Assembly: GCA_963760605.1 (NCBI GenBank)
Contig: CAVXFA010000058.1
Location: 14,790 to 78,789, forward strand
DNA: 64,000 bases
Source: an uncultured delta proteobacterium
GTDB taxonomy: Bacteria > Desulfobacterota > SM23-61
Direction of reading: 5' to 3'
Below are positions 39,923 through 49,671 of this stretch, in pieces. The notes beneath the pieces were generated by a model, which ran no database searches, had not been told where the DNA came from, and was given only the letters and a program-made list of their open reading frames with translations. The stretch's first letter is position 1. Every line of letters begins with the position of its first letter. The translations under genes were made by a program, and so were the position numbers.

Positions 39923-41080
39923 TTAAAGGGCTTGCCGGTAAATCTCCAGAATGGATTCTAAAGTCAATTCTCTGGGATTCGTGTTGATGAGTCTTTTGTT
40001 TTGAAACGCCTCTTCGGCCAGCATGGGTAGGTCGTTTTCCTTCACCCCCATCTCCCTCAGTTTGAGGGGAAGACCTACCTCTCGGATAAGGTTGGCAATG
40101 CGCTCTCCCAAACGATCTACGACATCTTTTTCATTCAGGCCTCGAATATCGATGCCCATTTGCTCTGATATTTTTTTCGCTTTGGGGATGTTGGCCAGGG
40201 CATTAAACCGAACCACAGAGGGCATCATGAGCGCATTTCCCAACCCATGGGGCACATCAAAATGTGCTTCAATGGGGTAAGAGGTGGCGGCGACTGCGCC
40301 AGCGCCGGCGATTAAAGAAACCCCGCCACAAAGAGCCGCGAGAGCCATGTTTTCCCTGGCGGTCAGGTCGCTTCCATCCTTGACGGCGCGCAGCAAATTT
40401 TCCGCCGCCAACCTGATGGTCTGGAGGGCATACATTTCGGAGAGAAAATTTGCGTTCTTGGACATGAAGGATTCTAGCGCATGACCCAGAGCATCTACCC
40501 CAGTATAAGCTGTCACCCGTGGAGGGATGGTCAGCATAAGTTCCGGGTCGACAATTGCCACCCTCGGTAGAATATGTCGGCTCACGACAGCCTTCTTAGC
40601 CTTGGCCTTCACGTCTTTGAAAATAGCATTGCGCGTTACCTCCGCACCCGTTCCCGCGGTGGTGGGGATCGAAAAAGTTGGAAATCCGGGTTTGGGCACC
40701 CTATCGATGCCAAAATAGTCGCTCACGGACCCGCCGTTAGTCATAACGATTGACGCCCCTTTGGCTGTATCCATGGAACTTCCTCCTCCAAGGCCAACCA
40801 GCAGGTCCACTTTTTCTTTCTTCGCTATTGCCGCACTTTCGTCGGCCAACTCAAAGGGGGGTTCTGGCTTTACCGAGCTGAAGATTTCAGTCTTGATCCC
40901 GCCTTTTTCCAATATTCGCTGCACCCGGGTGGAAGTGCCCGCCTGATGGACACCCGGATCGGTAATGATCAAGGCTTTCCGGGCCCCCAATTTCTTGGCT
41001 TCTGGAACCGCCTGCTCCAGAGATCCTCTGCCCACCCAAATCCATTCCGTGCAAAAATAAAGAAACGGTGTGCCGCTCAT
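39923..41080 (-). CDS. Iron-containing (family III) alcohol dehydrogenase
   Basis: GLGGGSSMDTAK, IPTTAGTGAE, DALGHALES, PHG; one His ligand position reads Ala. Confidence 0.9.
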   Translation of the reverse strand: MSGTPFLYFCTEWIWVGRGSLEQAVPEAKKLGARKALIITDPGVHQAGTSTRVQRILEKGGIKTEIFSSVKPEPPFELADESAAIAKKEKVDLLVGLGGGSSMDTAKGASIVMTNGGSVSDYFGIDRVPKPGFPTFSIPTTAGTGAEVTRNAIFKDVKAKAKKAVVSRHILPRVAIVDPELMLTIPPRVTAYTGVDALGHALESFMSKNANFLSEMYALQTIRLAAENLLRAVKDGSDLTARENMALAALCGGVSLIAGAGAVAATSYPIEAHFDVPHGLGNALMMPSVVRFNALANIPKAKKISEQMGIDIRGLNEKDVVDRLGERIANLIREVGLPLKLREMGVKENDLPMLAEEAFQNKRLINTNPRELTLESILEIYRQAL

Positions 41081-41231
41081 GACTTCTTTCTCCTTTAAAA
41101 GTACTGGACCAGATCCTGGCCAGTCCTCTCTCTTCTTTTCCTCTTATCCGGGAATGGAGTGCTGCCCCATTCCTTTTCCCATATTTTCACACCCACCCTT
41201 TTCCGCAACCTGGCAGAGAACTCATCTTTCT

Positions 41232-42006
41232 TTAATGGGCTGTCCAGCCGCCATCGACCAGAAGAACATGGCCGGTGACCAGATTGGATGCCTCGGACGC
41301 CAAGTAAATCACTGCCCCGATTACATACTCGGGTTGTCCCATTCGACCCAGAGGAATGTTTCCCAAGACATACTCCCGAAAGCCCTCGTCGGCAAACATG
41401 GATTTTGTGAGCGGGGTTTCGATGAAAGTGGGCGCAATGGCGTTTACGTTGATGTTATACGGGCCCCATTCGATCGCCAAAACTCTGGTTAGGAGATTGC
41501 CCCCCCCCTTTACTGGAGGAGTAAGCTGCCCTCTGGGGAAGCCCAACATGGCCCGCCTGGGAAGAAATATTTATGATCTTCCCCTTTTTCTGCTTGATCA
41601 TCACCCTTCCGACTGTTTGGGCACAGAAGAAGACGTCTTTGAGATTGGTATCGATGATCTTATCCCAGGCCTCTTCGGTCACATCAACCGCCCTCTGGGG
41701 AATGTTGATGCCGGCGTTATTAACGAGAATATCAATCCGGCCGAAACTTTTCACCGATTCCTCCGCCAAGGCCTGGATCTGCGAAAGGTTAGCAATATCC
41801 GTCTGCTGGATGAGAACCCGGCGACCCATTTTTTCTATTGCTGCTCCCACCTTTTTCAATTCGGCGACGGTGCGGCTACAAACCACCACATCCGCTCCGT
41901 ATTTGGCTAAGGCCAGGGAGATGTGATAACCGATCCCTCTCCCGCCACCCGTAACAATGGCCACTTTACCGGAGAGATCAAATTCATAAAAAGGGTTTTT
42001 TTTCAC
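41232..42006 (-). CDS. SDR oxidoreductase (KduD/gluconate-5-dehydrogenase-like), frameshifted in a G9 tract at 41500-41508
   Basis: ORF 41455-42006 has TGGGRGIG, NNAG, YSSSKGG. ORF 41232-41549 continues NLLTRVLAIEWG..NAIAPTFIET..VDGGWTAH. Confidence 0.88.
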
Positions 42007-42018
42007 TGCTTTCCGCCC

Positions 42019-43860
42019 CTATAGTTTATTCAATCCTAACTCTTCTAATTTTTCAGGAGTAGGAATTCCGTCCTCGGACCACTTCCGATAGGCATAGTAG
42101 TCACTCAAAAGTTTTCCCATGGGGGGAAGCTGATTGCTAAGGCCCTCTCCTGTCCGGTTCAAAGTCAAGAACCGGTAGGGGAGGAAATCATCCTTGCGGC
42201 TGATCCCCAGGCGGACATTATACATTCTTTTTAGATTAAAGAGCCTTTCACCCACCTTCATGTATTCAGGGATGTCGATCCCCCAATCGGTGATCATGTT
42301 TAGCCAGTCCACCTGGTTGGTCACATTCACCGCCTTGCCGACTTGAGTAAAGCGACAGAGGATCAGGGCATCCATGACACACATTAAATCTTGCATCTTG
42401 GCCGTAAATTCCGCCTTGCCCTCAATCTGATAAGGATCTTGAGGTTCCGCAATTCCAATCTCCTGCATGGTCAAGGCTAATTCGTAGGGGTGACTCCAAC
42501 TGGCGTTGTGGCAGGCGCCTCTGGCTGCGGTCGCATAAGAAAGGGCTTGGCTGAAGAACCTTCTGGGGTCGTGGGCCGAGGGTTCCAGACCTTTAACCTG
42601 GACTGCAAATTCAATGGCATTTCTTCCGAGGCTCTCAGCCATCTTCTTTGATCCCTCCCCCATCACTCGACCGATCCCTTCGCCCCTACCCATCTTGTGG
42701 ACCATTTCTACCAGCGCCTTTCCATTGCCCCAGGCTAGTTCGATCCCGTCCGTATCTTCCCGAGTTAGGATCCCCTTTTCATAGGCTTCCATGGCAAAGG
42801 CGATGATTCCACCGGTTGAAATGGTATCCAATCCATATCGATTGCAGAGTTGGTTGGCCTTGGCAATCGCCACTAAATCATCCACCAAACAAAGGCCCCC
42901 CAGGGTCCCGATGCTTTCGTATTCCGGACCTTCACAATCCATGGGGGCATAAGGACCTTCGGTTATCTTAATATGTCTCCCGCAGGCAATGGGACATTGC
43001 AGGCAGGCCTTTCTTCCGGAAAGGATCGTATCATGCATGGCCATCCCGGAAATCTTCTTGGCCCCTTCCCATCTTCCCTGTTTCCAGTTCTTGAGCGGGA
43101 AGTTCCCGATCTTTTCATAATTGTCAATGCCCCCCGAAGTCCCGTATTTGCCGAACGCCTCTGTCACCCCCCGAATGTGGGGCAGAAGGTTTTGGATATG
43201 GGTCTTCAGTTCCTCACGCTGGGCAATAGGAATCGGGCCATCCCCCCAGACGACCATCGCTTTCAGGTTCTTGGAACCCATGACCGCCCCCAAACCCGTG
43301 CGAGCGGCCGCCCGCACAATCTGCCCGATATGCGGGATGCTGGCGATCTTGGCCATTCGTTCTCCCGCAGGACCAATCACCGCAGCAGTGGCTTCTTTGG
43401 ATGTTTCCTTTTTCAACCAATCTGCGGATTCATAAGAGTCTTTGCCCCATATGAGCTTAGCATCTCGAATCTCTGCCTTCCCATCTTGAATCCAGAGGTA
43501 GACCGGAACTTCCGACTTCCCCTTGATGACGATCCCATCGAATCCAGCCCTTTTGCAGTGGACAGCCCAAGAACCTCCGACGTTTGATTCTCCAAAAAGT
43601 CCGGTGAGAGGAGAACGGCTCACCACATGGTGCCTCCCTGAACTGGGAACCCCGGTTCCGGTAAAAGGGCCTGTCATGGCCATGAGAACATTTTCAGGAG
43701 AAAGGGGATTTATTTCAGGCCCCGTCTCTTCGTAAAGAATTTTAGCTTCCAGGCCGAGCCCCCCGATATATTTCCGGATCATGGCCTCATCCAATTCTTC
43801 AACTTCAATCTTGCGGTTTGATAGATCCACTCGCAGCAATTTCTTGTGATAGCCAAACAT
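42019..43860 (-). CDS. aor: Aldehyde:ferredoxin oxidoreductase (tungsten-pterin family)
   Basis: Start MFGYHKKLLRVDLS, SPLTG..GESNVGG, GLGAVMGSKNLKA, CLQCPIACG, EYES, DTISTG, DALILC. Confidence 0.93.
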   Translation of the reverse strand: MFGYHKKLLRVDLSNRKIEVEELDEAMIRKYIGGLGLEAKILYEETGPEINPLSPENVLMAMTGPFTGTGVPSSGRHHVVSRSPLTGLFGESNVGGSWAVHCKRAGFDGIVIKGKSEVPVYLWIQDGKAEIRDAKLIWGKDSYESADWLKKETSKEATAAVIGPAGERMAKIASIPHIGQIVRAAARTGLGAVMGSKNLKAMVVWGDGPIPIAQREELKTHIQNLLPHIRGVTEAFGKYGTSGGIDNYEKIGNFPLKNWKQGRWEGAKKISGMAMHDTILSGRKACLQCPIACGRHIKITEGPYAPMDCEGPEYESIGTLGGLCLVDDLVAIAKANQLCNRYGLDTISTGGIIAFAMEAYEKGILTREDTDGIELAWGNGKALVEMVHKMGRGEGIGRVMGEGSKKMAESLGRNAIEFAVQVKGLEPSAHDPRRFFSQALSYATAARGACHNASWSHPYELALTMQEIGIAEPQDPYQIEGKAEFTAKMQDLMCVMDALILCRFTQVGKAVNVTNQVDWLNMITDWGIDIPEYMKVGERLFNLKRMYNVRLGISRKDDFLPYRFLTLNRTGEGLSNQLPPMGKLLSDYYAYRKWSEDGIPTPEKLEELGLNKL

Positions 43861-44174
43861 CGAATCTACATCCTCCTCTCTTCCCCTGAGTCGGTCATGA
43901 GGCCTTTCCGTAGACCTCTTCTTATTTTGCAAGTTTAAGGTTTGAGAGTAATCTCTATCGGTCGTTTAACAAAGTCACCTGCTTTGGTATATTACACAAA
44001 TTTTTGAAAAATGATAGGATATTTCAACAGGCTGACCGATAATACCTTTCTTAGGCAATTTTCATCTGGCCCTGAGAGCCCCGATGCTTCCCGTTCCGAT
44101 AAAACGAATCCGTTCCATTTCATTTTCCATTCTCAGCAGGACCCTGCTCAACCATGGCATTATCGCCAGAGGCC

Positions 44175-45458
44175 TTAACGAACAAACAAGTTTGCCAGGC
44201 CGGTAGTTAAGAAAGGAAACAAGGTGACTAAGACCAAGGTGATCATCATTAACAAAAAGTAAGGCACATAGGCTTTGCAACAATCGGCAAAGGAAATCCC
44301 GAACATACCGGAGACGACGAATATATTGATTCCCACCGGAGGAGTTAAATAACCAATATACATATTCAACAAAAATACGCCGGCAAAATAAATTTCATCG
44401 ACGCCAAATTTCAAGTAAAGTTGCTTAAAAATGGGGACCAGGATAACGATGCCAGAAAGGATGTCCACCAGGCATCCAGTCACGAGGAGAAAAAGGTTAA
44501 TGAAAAGCATGAAGATCCATTTGTCCCGAACCAAATGGAAAATCTGTTCGGCCCACATCTGGGGGATCTGTTCCAGGGTCAAAAAGCGAGCCAGAACCAT
44601 GGCGCCCGAACATAGAAATAGGACAATGGAAGTCGTTACACCGGTATCGATAGCGATCCCGGGAAGGTCTCGCAATTTCACCCCCCGATGAATAACGAGT
44701 TCTACAAATAAGGCATAAGCTGCAGCTACGGCAGCCGCTTCCGTCACCGTAAAGATCCCCCCATATACTCCTCCAAATATGATGAGAGGCATTCCCAAGG
44801 CGGTCATTCCATTTTTGAGGGAGCTGGCAATCCTCAAGAAATTAGGTCTTTGAAATTTCTGGCCGGGAAATATCTTCTTGCCTTTGAAATAAATGTAAAA
44901 GGAGAATAAGAATACAATAATAATTCCCGGCAAAACCCCCGATAAAAATACCTTCAACACCGAAACTTCAGCAATCAGGGCATAAATGAGACCTGGGATG
45001 GTGGGGGGAATAAGCATGCCCAACAGGGCACTGGGACCCAAAACTCCGCCAACAAAACTTTTGGGCCATCCTCGGGACACAAGGGCTGGAAACATAATAC
45101 CGCCAATCGCTGCCAGAGTAGCCAGGTCGGATCCCGTTAAGGTACCAAATAGGGCGCAGGCAATGACCATGGCCATCGGCATACCTGAGGGGATAAAACC
45201 TACGAAGGCCTCCGCTATCTCTAACATTTTGGGGGCTAATTTCCCCCTTGCCATTACGTTTCCAGCCAAGATGAAGTAAGGCACGGCGGAATAGGAGTAG
45301 GATTGCATGTTGAAAAACATATTTTGCACGACTACCCCCAGAGGAATATGGGCAACGAAAACGTATATCAAAATGGAAGTGGCGATCATGGCAAAAGCGA
45401 CCGGAATGGATGTAAGGATCATAATGACCATGATGAGTAAAGCGGCCAGCCCTTCCAT
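44175..45458 (-). CDS. dctM: TRAP transporter large permease DctM
   Basis: AVPYFILAGNVM, LIPPTIP, GIFTVTEAA, TPPVG. Confidence 0.93.
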   Translation of the reverse strand: MEGLAALLIMVIMILTSIPVAFAMIATSILIYVFVAHIPLGVVVQNMFFNMQSYSYSAVPYFILAGNVMARGKLAPKMLEIAEAFVGFIPSGMPMAMVIACALFGTLTGSDLATLAAIGGIMFPALVSRGWPKSFVGGVLGPSALLGMLIPPTIPGLIYALIAEVSVLKVFLSGVLPGIIIVFLFSFYIYFKGKKIFPGQKFQRPNFLRIASSLKNGMTALGMPLIIFGGVYGGIFTVTEAAAVAAAYALFVELVIHRGVKLRDLPGIAIDTGVTTSIVLFLCSGAMVLARFLTLEQIPQMWAEQIFHLVRDKWIFMLFINLFLLVTGCLVDILSGIVILVPIFKQLYLKFGVDEIYFAGVFLLNMYIGYLTPPVGINIFVVSGMFGISFADCCKAYVPYFLLMMITLVLVTLFPFLTTGLANLFVR

Positions 45459-45609
45459 TCAGAACTCCTTTCTCTTCTTATCAAGGGATAATCGTATTTT
45501 TAAGGGACAATCCCTTCAAACGCGACACTGGATCCAATGAACCCTCAGATGGATCGGGGTTTTACTTATCACATCTTTTCCACCTGTTGAAATTAAGACT
45601 TTCCTCCAT

Positions 45610-46119
45610 TCATTCCGTTCTTTTTTTAAAAAATGTGAAAAGATTTTCTATGACCCGGTAAACGGCCGTCAGGTAGCCGAGGGGCATGATGATGGCGGGC
45701 ACTCCGAGGGGTAACCAATAGATGGATCCGGTCCTTTGGTCTCTTACAAGGAGATCGGAGACAAATTCGATCGAAAGGACAAAAAGGACGGTCATTACCC
45801 CCAGCGCAAAAACGGTCGCAATAAAATTCAGGCTTTTTTTCGTCCTGGGAATAAATTGGATCAGCATATCCACCCGCAGATGACTCCCCCGGCGAGCAGC
45901 GACGCCAATCCCAACCGTGATGACAATTAGCAAAAGAAAGCCAGCCGATTCCTCTACCCAGCTCAGAGAGCTTTCTATGACATACCGAAAAAAAACGCCA
46001 ACCACAGAGATGGCTACGCTGCATAAGACGGCCATTATTAAAAAAACATTCTCAAATAACTCAACCCTTCTCCCGAGAGCCTTCATTATTTTTCTCCCTT
46101 TTCCTTCTCGATCCACCAA
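45610..46119 (-). CDS. dctQ: TRAP transporter small permease DctQ
   Basis: Four TM segments, FFRYV..SWVEE, HLRVD; located between dctP and dctM. Confidence 0.9.
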   Translation of the reverse strand: MVDREGKGRKIMKALGRRVELFENVFLIMAVLCSVAISVVGVFFRYVIESSLSWVEESAGFLLLIVITVGIGVAARRGSHLRVDMLIQFIPRTKKSLNFIATVFALGVMTVLFVLSIEFVSDLLVRDQRTGSIYWLPLGVPAIIMPLGYLTAVYRVIENLFTFFKKRTE

Positions 46120-46221
46120 TTTTCGTTGGCCTAACAGTTTATGAAAAAATGCGACCCCCCGGGATTTTCCCCCCTGATGGACGTCATCCCTCCATCCATC
46201 AGAGGGGATGGGAGGTGGCTT

Positions 46222-47277
46222 CTACTTGCTTAAAATTTCTTTGTCATAGTCACGGCCTAAAGACTTATAGACTGTACGCATAAAGGCCCGACCATCGTGG
46301 CTCTTTTCATCAATTCTTTTCTCATGCTCAATGACCACTTTTCTGGTCGCGGCGATCCAGCGGGTTTTTTCCTGGGGGTCGAGTTTCCAAACTTTCACTC
46401 CCTTGCTCTTCAAAATCTCGGTGGCGTTTTCATCATATCCCTTCATCTCTCCCTGTTGTTGATGACAGGCCTCACGAGCCGAATCGATGACAATTTTTTG
46501 TAAGTCGGCCGGCATTTTTCTGAGGGTTTCTTCCCGGAACCAGAGAACATGGGTCCCAAAAAGGTGCTGGGCCTCGGTTATATTGTTAATCACTTCATAG
46601 AGACGTGATTCAACTAAGGTTCCGGTAGGCCCAGTAAGCCCTTCCACAGTTCTTTGCTGAATTGCCATAAAAACTTCCGGCCAGGGAATCGGAGTTGCGT
46701 TGGCGCCCAGGGCCTCAATTGTCCCTTTAATCGTATAGGCCGCGGCTGACCGAATCTTTCTTCCTTTCATATCTTCCAGAGTTCTAATGGGAGGATCTCT
46801 ATATGCTAGGACGTTAAATCCATAAGGAACCCATCCCAGTCCGATGATTCCTTGACTCCGAAGGCTATTCAGGACGAGGTCGGCACCTTCACTCCCAATC
46901 CATTTATTGAAAAGTATATCCCAATCTTGGATCAGATAGGGGGTATACATGGTCATTACTTTGGGATTTAGGGTGCCTGCGAGAGCACAGCTAATGGTCA
47001 TAAACTGGATCGTATTATTATTGAGCTGACTTAAGAGAGATTCCTCACCGCCCAGCTGGGCATTGGGGTACCATTTACCCTTTATCTTTCCGGCTGATTT
47101 GGCCTCTATCAGCTTGATAAAATTTAAACCGGCCTTTGCCCGAGGATGCTCTATGTTGGTTGCAGTGCCCCCTTTAAACTCATAGGTTTCTGCAGCCCAG
47201 GTTACCGATCCAATGATCAGAACGAGAGTGATGATACTAAACCAACACAGTATGGTTTTCTTCGATTTCATTGCCAA
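46222..47277 (-). CDS. dctP: TRAP substrate-binding protein DctP
   Basis: Signal peptide, QLGGE, DMKGRKIR, PIPWPEVFMAIQQRTVEG. Confidence 0.92.
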   Translation of the reverse strand: MAMKSKKTILCWFSIITLVLIIGSVTWAAETYEFKGGTATNIEHPRAKAGLNFIKLIEAKSAGKIKGKWYPNAQLGGEESLLSQLNNNTIQFMTISCALAGTLNPKVMTMYTPYLIQDWDILFNKWIGSEGADLVLNSLRSQGIIGLGWVPYGFNVLAYRDPPIRTLEDMKGRKIRSAAAYTIKGTIEALGANATPIPWPEVFMAIQQRTVEGLTGPTGTLVESRLYEVINNITEAQHLFGTHVLWFREETLRKMPADLQKIVIDSAREACHQQQGEMKGYDENATEILKSKGVKVWKLDPQEKTRWIAATRKVVIEHEKRIDEKSHDGRAFMRTVYKSLGRDYDKEILSK

Positions 47278-47483
47278 ACCTCCTTCTCGCTAAAAATTCT
47301 TAACAGCCCTTCTGAAACTAGCCAAACCACTTTTGGGGAAGCCTTTTTCTTTTTGGCGCTCACCTCCCTCCATCCGTTTCAACGCCTGAAGGATTTTAGA
47401 TCATTTGTTAACCTCCAACCCCATTGCTCGCTTTCAATGTTTTTGCACCAGCTCTATGTAAACCCCGTTGAACTCTTCTTCCT

Positions 47484-48446
47484 TTAAAATGACTCTCCGC
47501 ACAATGAACCGCTCCAGCTCTTCCCTTCTTCCTGAATCAGGGGGCTGTCAATGAACTCTAAGGTCAACCCTTCCGGCGTGGTCAAATAGACTGCTTTCCC
47601 TCCCTGGTGGGGGCCTGCAATTATAGATTGGGGGGGGGCCTTAAAATTCACATTTCTTTTGGTCAGTTCAAGATAGAATTCTTCCAGGTTCTTAACCCCA
47701 AAAGCCACATGGGTGAATCCAACCCTCTGCATCTTCCACGGGGCTGCCGGCAGAATCTTAAAATTTACCGGCTGAACAAGTTTCAAACAACTGCCAGCCT
47801 GGGCTCGCAACAATACCCACCGTACCGAACTTTGGAGTCCATCTTTTGCGGGACTGTTTTTTTCAAGGGAAGGACCTCCTTGATCTGCGATCCCCAATCC
47901 CAAAACGTCCCGGTAGAAGAGGATCGATTCACCGATGTTCTCAACTACCATTCCTGGGTATAGAAACTCCTTTGTTGCTCCCTTTTGGTCAACTCGTTCT
48001 TCATTTTCCGGCTCGATGATTTTTAATAGTAGCCCATCCGGATCTCGCCAGGTAGACACTCGCCGTCCTGGGTAAGGCCCTTCCCCTATATCCCCTAGTT
48101 GTTTAGACCCTTTCTGTTTTTCTGCGGAAACTTCAAACGGAGAGAAGCTCTTCTCTCCCCCTCCCATGAAGGCACAATATAAGATCCCAACATGCAAGCC
48201 AGCATCCTTTTCCGGGAGAATCGTCTTTGGGTTAAAAAATCCAAACACCTCCATATGGCGATAGGGTGTCACCGATAAATATACAGTCCGCGTATGAAAG
48301 CCGGGTATACCGGTAATCTTATCAACCCACTCTCCTTTTCTTTCGGCATCGCTCAACACCGTAAAACCAAAGTTCTCTCGATAATATTTGATCGACTCAT
48401 CTAAGGCACTCACAGTCAAGGCGATGTGGCTTAACCCCAAAATCAT
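47484..48446 (-). CDS. Two-domain VOC (glyoxalase/epimerase) family protein
   Basis: LSHIALTV..RHMEV, and FTHVAFGV..TLEFID beta-alpha-beta-beta-beta modules. Confidence 0.8.
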   Translation of the reverse strand: MILGLSHIALTVSALDESIKYYRENFGFTVLSDAERKGEWVDKITGIPGFHTRTVYLSVTPYRHMEVFGFFNPKTILPEKDAGLHVGILYCAFMGGGEKSFSPFEVSAEKQKGSKQLGDIGEGPYPGRRVSTWRDPDGLLLKIIEPENEERVDQKGATKEFLYPGMVVENIGESILFYRDVLGLGIADQGGPSLEKNSPAKDGLQSSVRWVLLRAQAGSCLKLVQPVNFKILPAAPWKMQRVGFTHVAFGVKNLEEFYLELTKRNVNFKAPPQSIIAGPHQGGKAVYLTTPEGLTLEFIDSPLIQEEGKSWSGSLCGESF

Positions 48447-48580
48447 AACGATTTACCCATCCAGGAAGAATTAGACACTACGAGTTTTCAAAAGGCTTTA
48501 AACCTGCCCTCACCCAGACTTCCAAGGACACTATGCCAATTTCTTGATTGTCAATAAATTCCAGGGAAAAAGCGGGCCAA

Positions 48581-49420
48581 TTAATTAAAGACGGCCCCTC
48601 CATCTACATTAATGGCCTGGGCGGTAATTTCGTTGGCTTCCTCAGAGGCGAGAAAGACGACAGCGTTCCCGATGCCCTCTGGGGTTTGGGGTTTGCCCAG
48701 GGGAATTGTATTCTGGACCCTTGCTTTTAAGACCTCATCCGGGCTCATCCCTTTAAATGGCGGATAGGATTTTGACAACATCTTCGCAAGTTTCTCCCAC
48801 ATAGGGGTCCATATGACTCCTGGGCAGATGGTATTGACGTTCACGTTAAAGGGAGCTAACTGTACAGCGACTCCCTGAGTCAGTACGATCACACCTGCCT
48901 TGCTTGCACAATAGTGGGGAACATAAGCCAACCCCCTGCGTCCCCCGATGGAGGCGATATTGATGATCTTCCCCTTTTTCTGTCTCTTGAAATATGGAGC
49001 AATGGCCCGATTGCAAAGAAAGACTCCTTTCAGGTTGACATCGATGGTTTGGTCCCAATCCTCCTCGGAAATGTTCTCAAGCGACGGGGCTTCTGTCGAA
49101 TCCATCAGAGAACCAATTCCCAACACCCCAGCATTGCAAACCAGGATATCAATTCGGCCCATCTCTCTTATGCTGGTATCGATAAGCTTCTGACACTGGT
49201 CGGCCATGCGAACGTCAGTCTGGATAGCCAGGGATTTCTGCCCGATTCCCTTGACTTTAGCCGACACCTTTTCCGCCAGGCCCAGATTTACGTCACTGAC
49301 CACCACATGGGCCCCCTCTCTGGCTAGGCAAAGGCATATCCCCTCACCCAGGCCTCCGCCTCCTCCGGTTACGATGGCCACCTTCTCATCCAAGCGCTTT
49401 CCCATTCTCCATACCTCCAT
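48581..49420 (-). CDS. SDR oxidoreductase, acetoin reductase/2,3-butanediol dehydrogenase (BudC)-like
   Basis: TGGGGGLG, CNAG, HYCASK, NTICPGVIWTPMW (BudC-like PG..TPMW). Confidence 0.85.
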   Translation of the reverse strand: MEVWRMGKRLDEKVAIVTGGGGGLGEGICLCLAREGAHVVVSDVNLGLAEKVSAKVKGIGQKSLAIQTDVRMADQCQKLIDTSIREMGRIDILVCNAGVLGIGSLMDSTEAPSLENISEEDWDQTIDVNLKGVFLCNRAIAPYFKRQKKGKIINIASIGGRRGLAYVPHYCASKAGVIVLTQGVAVQLAPFNVNVNTICPGVIWTPMWEKLAKMLSKSYPPFKGMSPDEVLKARVQNTIPLGKPQTPEGIGNAVVFLASEEANEITAQAINVDGGAVFN

Positions 49421-49436
49421 TCGTTCATTGGAATGC

Positions 49437-49584
49437 TATTGACTTTTGCATAAATAATGCAACGAAGATTGCTATCCCGCAGACCCCCTGACCTTTATCC
49501 TCTCCCCCGTATTCGGGGGAGAGGGGAGGGTGAGAGGGACGTAACAAAATGCGTAATATTCCATTACTTTTGCAAAGCTCAATA
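49437..49584. mobile_element. MITE-like element: about 24-bp terminal inverted repeats enclosing a REP-like hairpin
   Basis: Left TATTGACTTTTGCATAAATAATG; right end reverse complement TATTGAGCTTTGCAAAAGTAATG; internal cctctccccc-gtattc-gggggagagg hairpin. Confidence 0.55.
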
Positions 49585-49671
49585 ATATACATATTTCTCC
49601 CCACTGTTCAGGGATCAGTCGTCCACGACCATGACGCTTCTGGTCATAACCTTTCCTTTTCCCTTAAAGAC

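Noticed and set aside
42019-43932. ORF-track starts for aor (43932), rcnA-like (56068) and TPR copy 2 (61157)
   Set aside because: Downstream ATGs match the family N-termini or signal peptides better, so the extensions are treated as spurious.
47430-47483. EEFNGVYIELVQKH* fragment resembling a methylmalonyl-CoA epimerase/VOC C-terminus
   Set aside because: Only 14 residues; too short to call from sequence alone.
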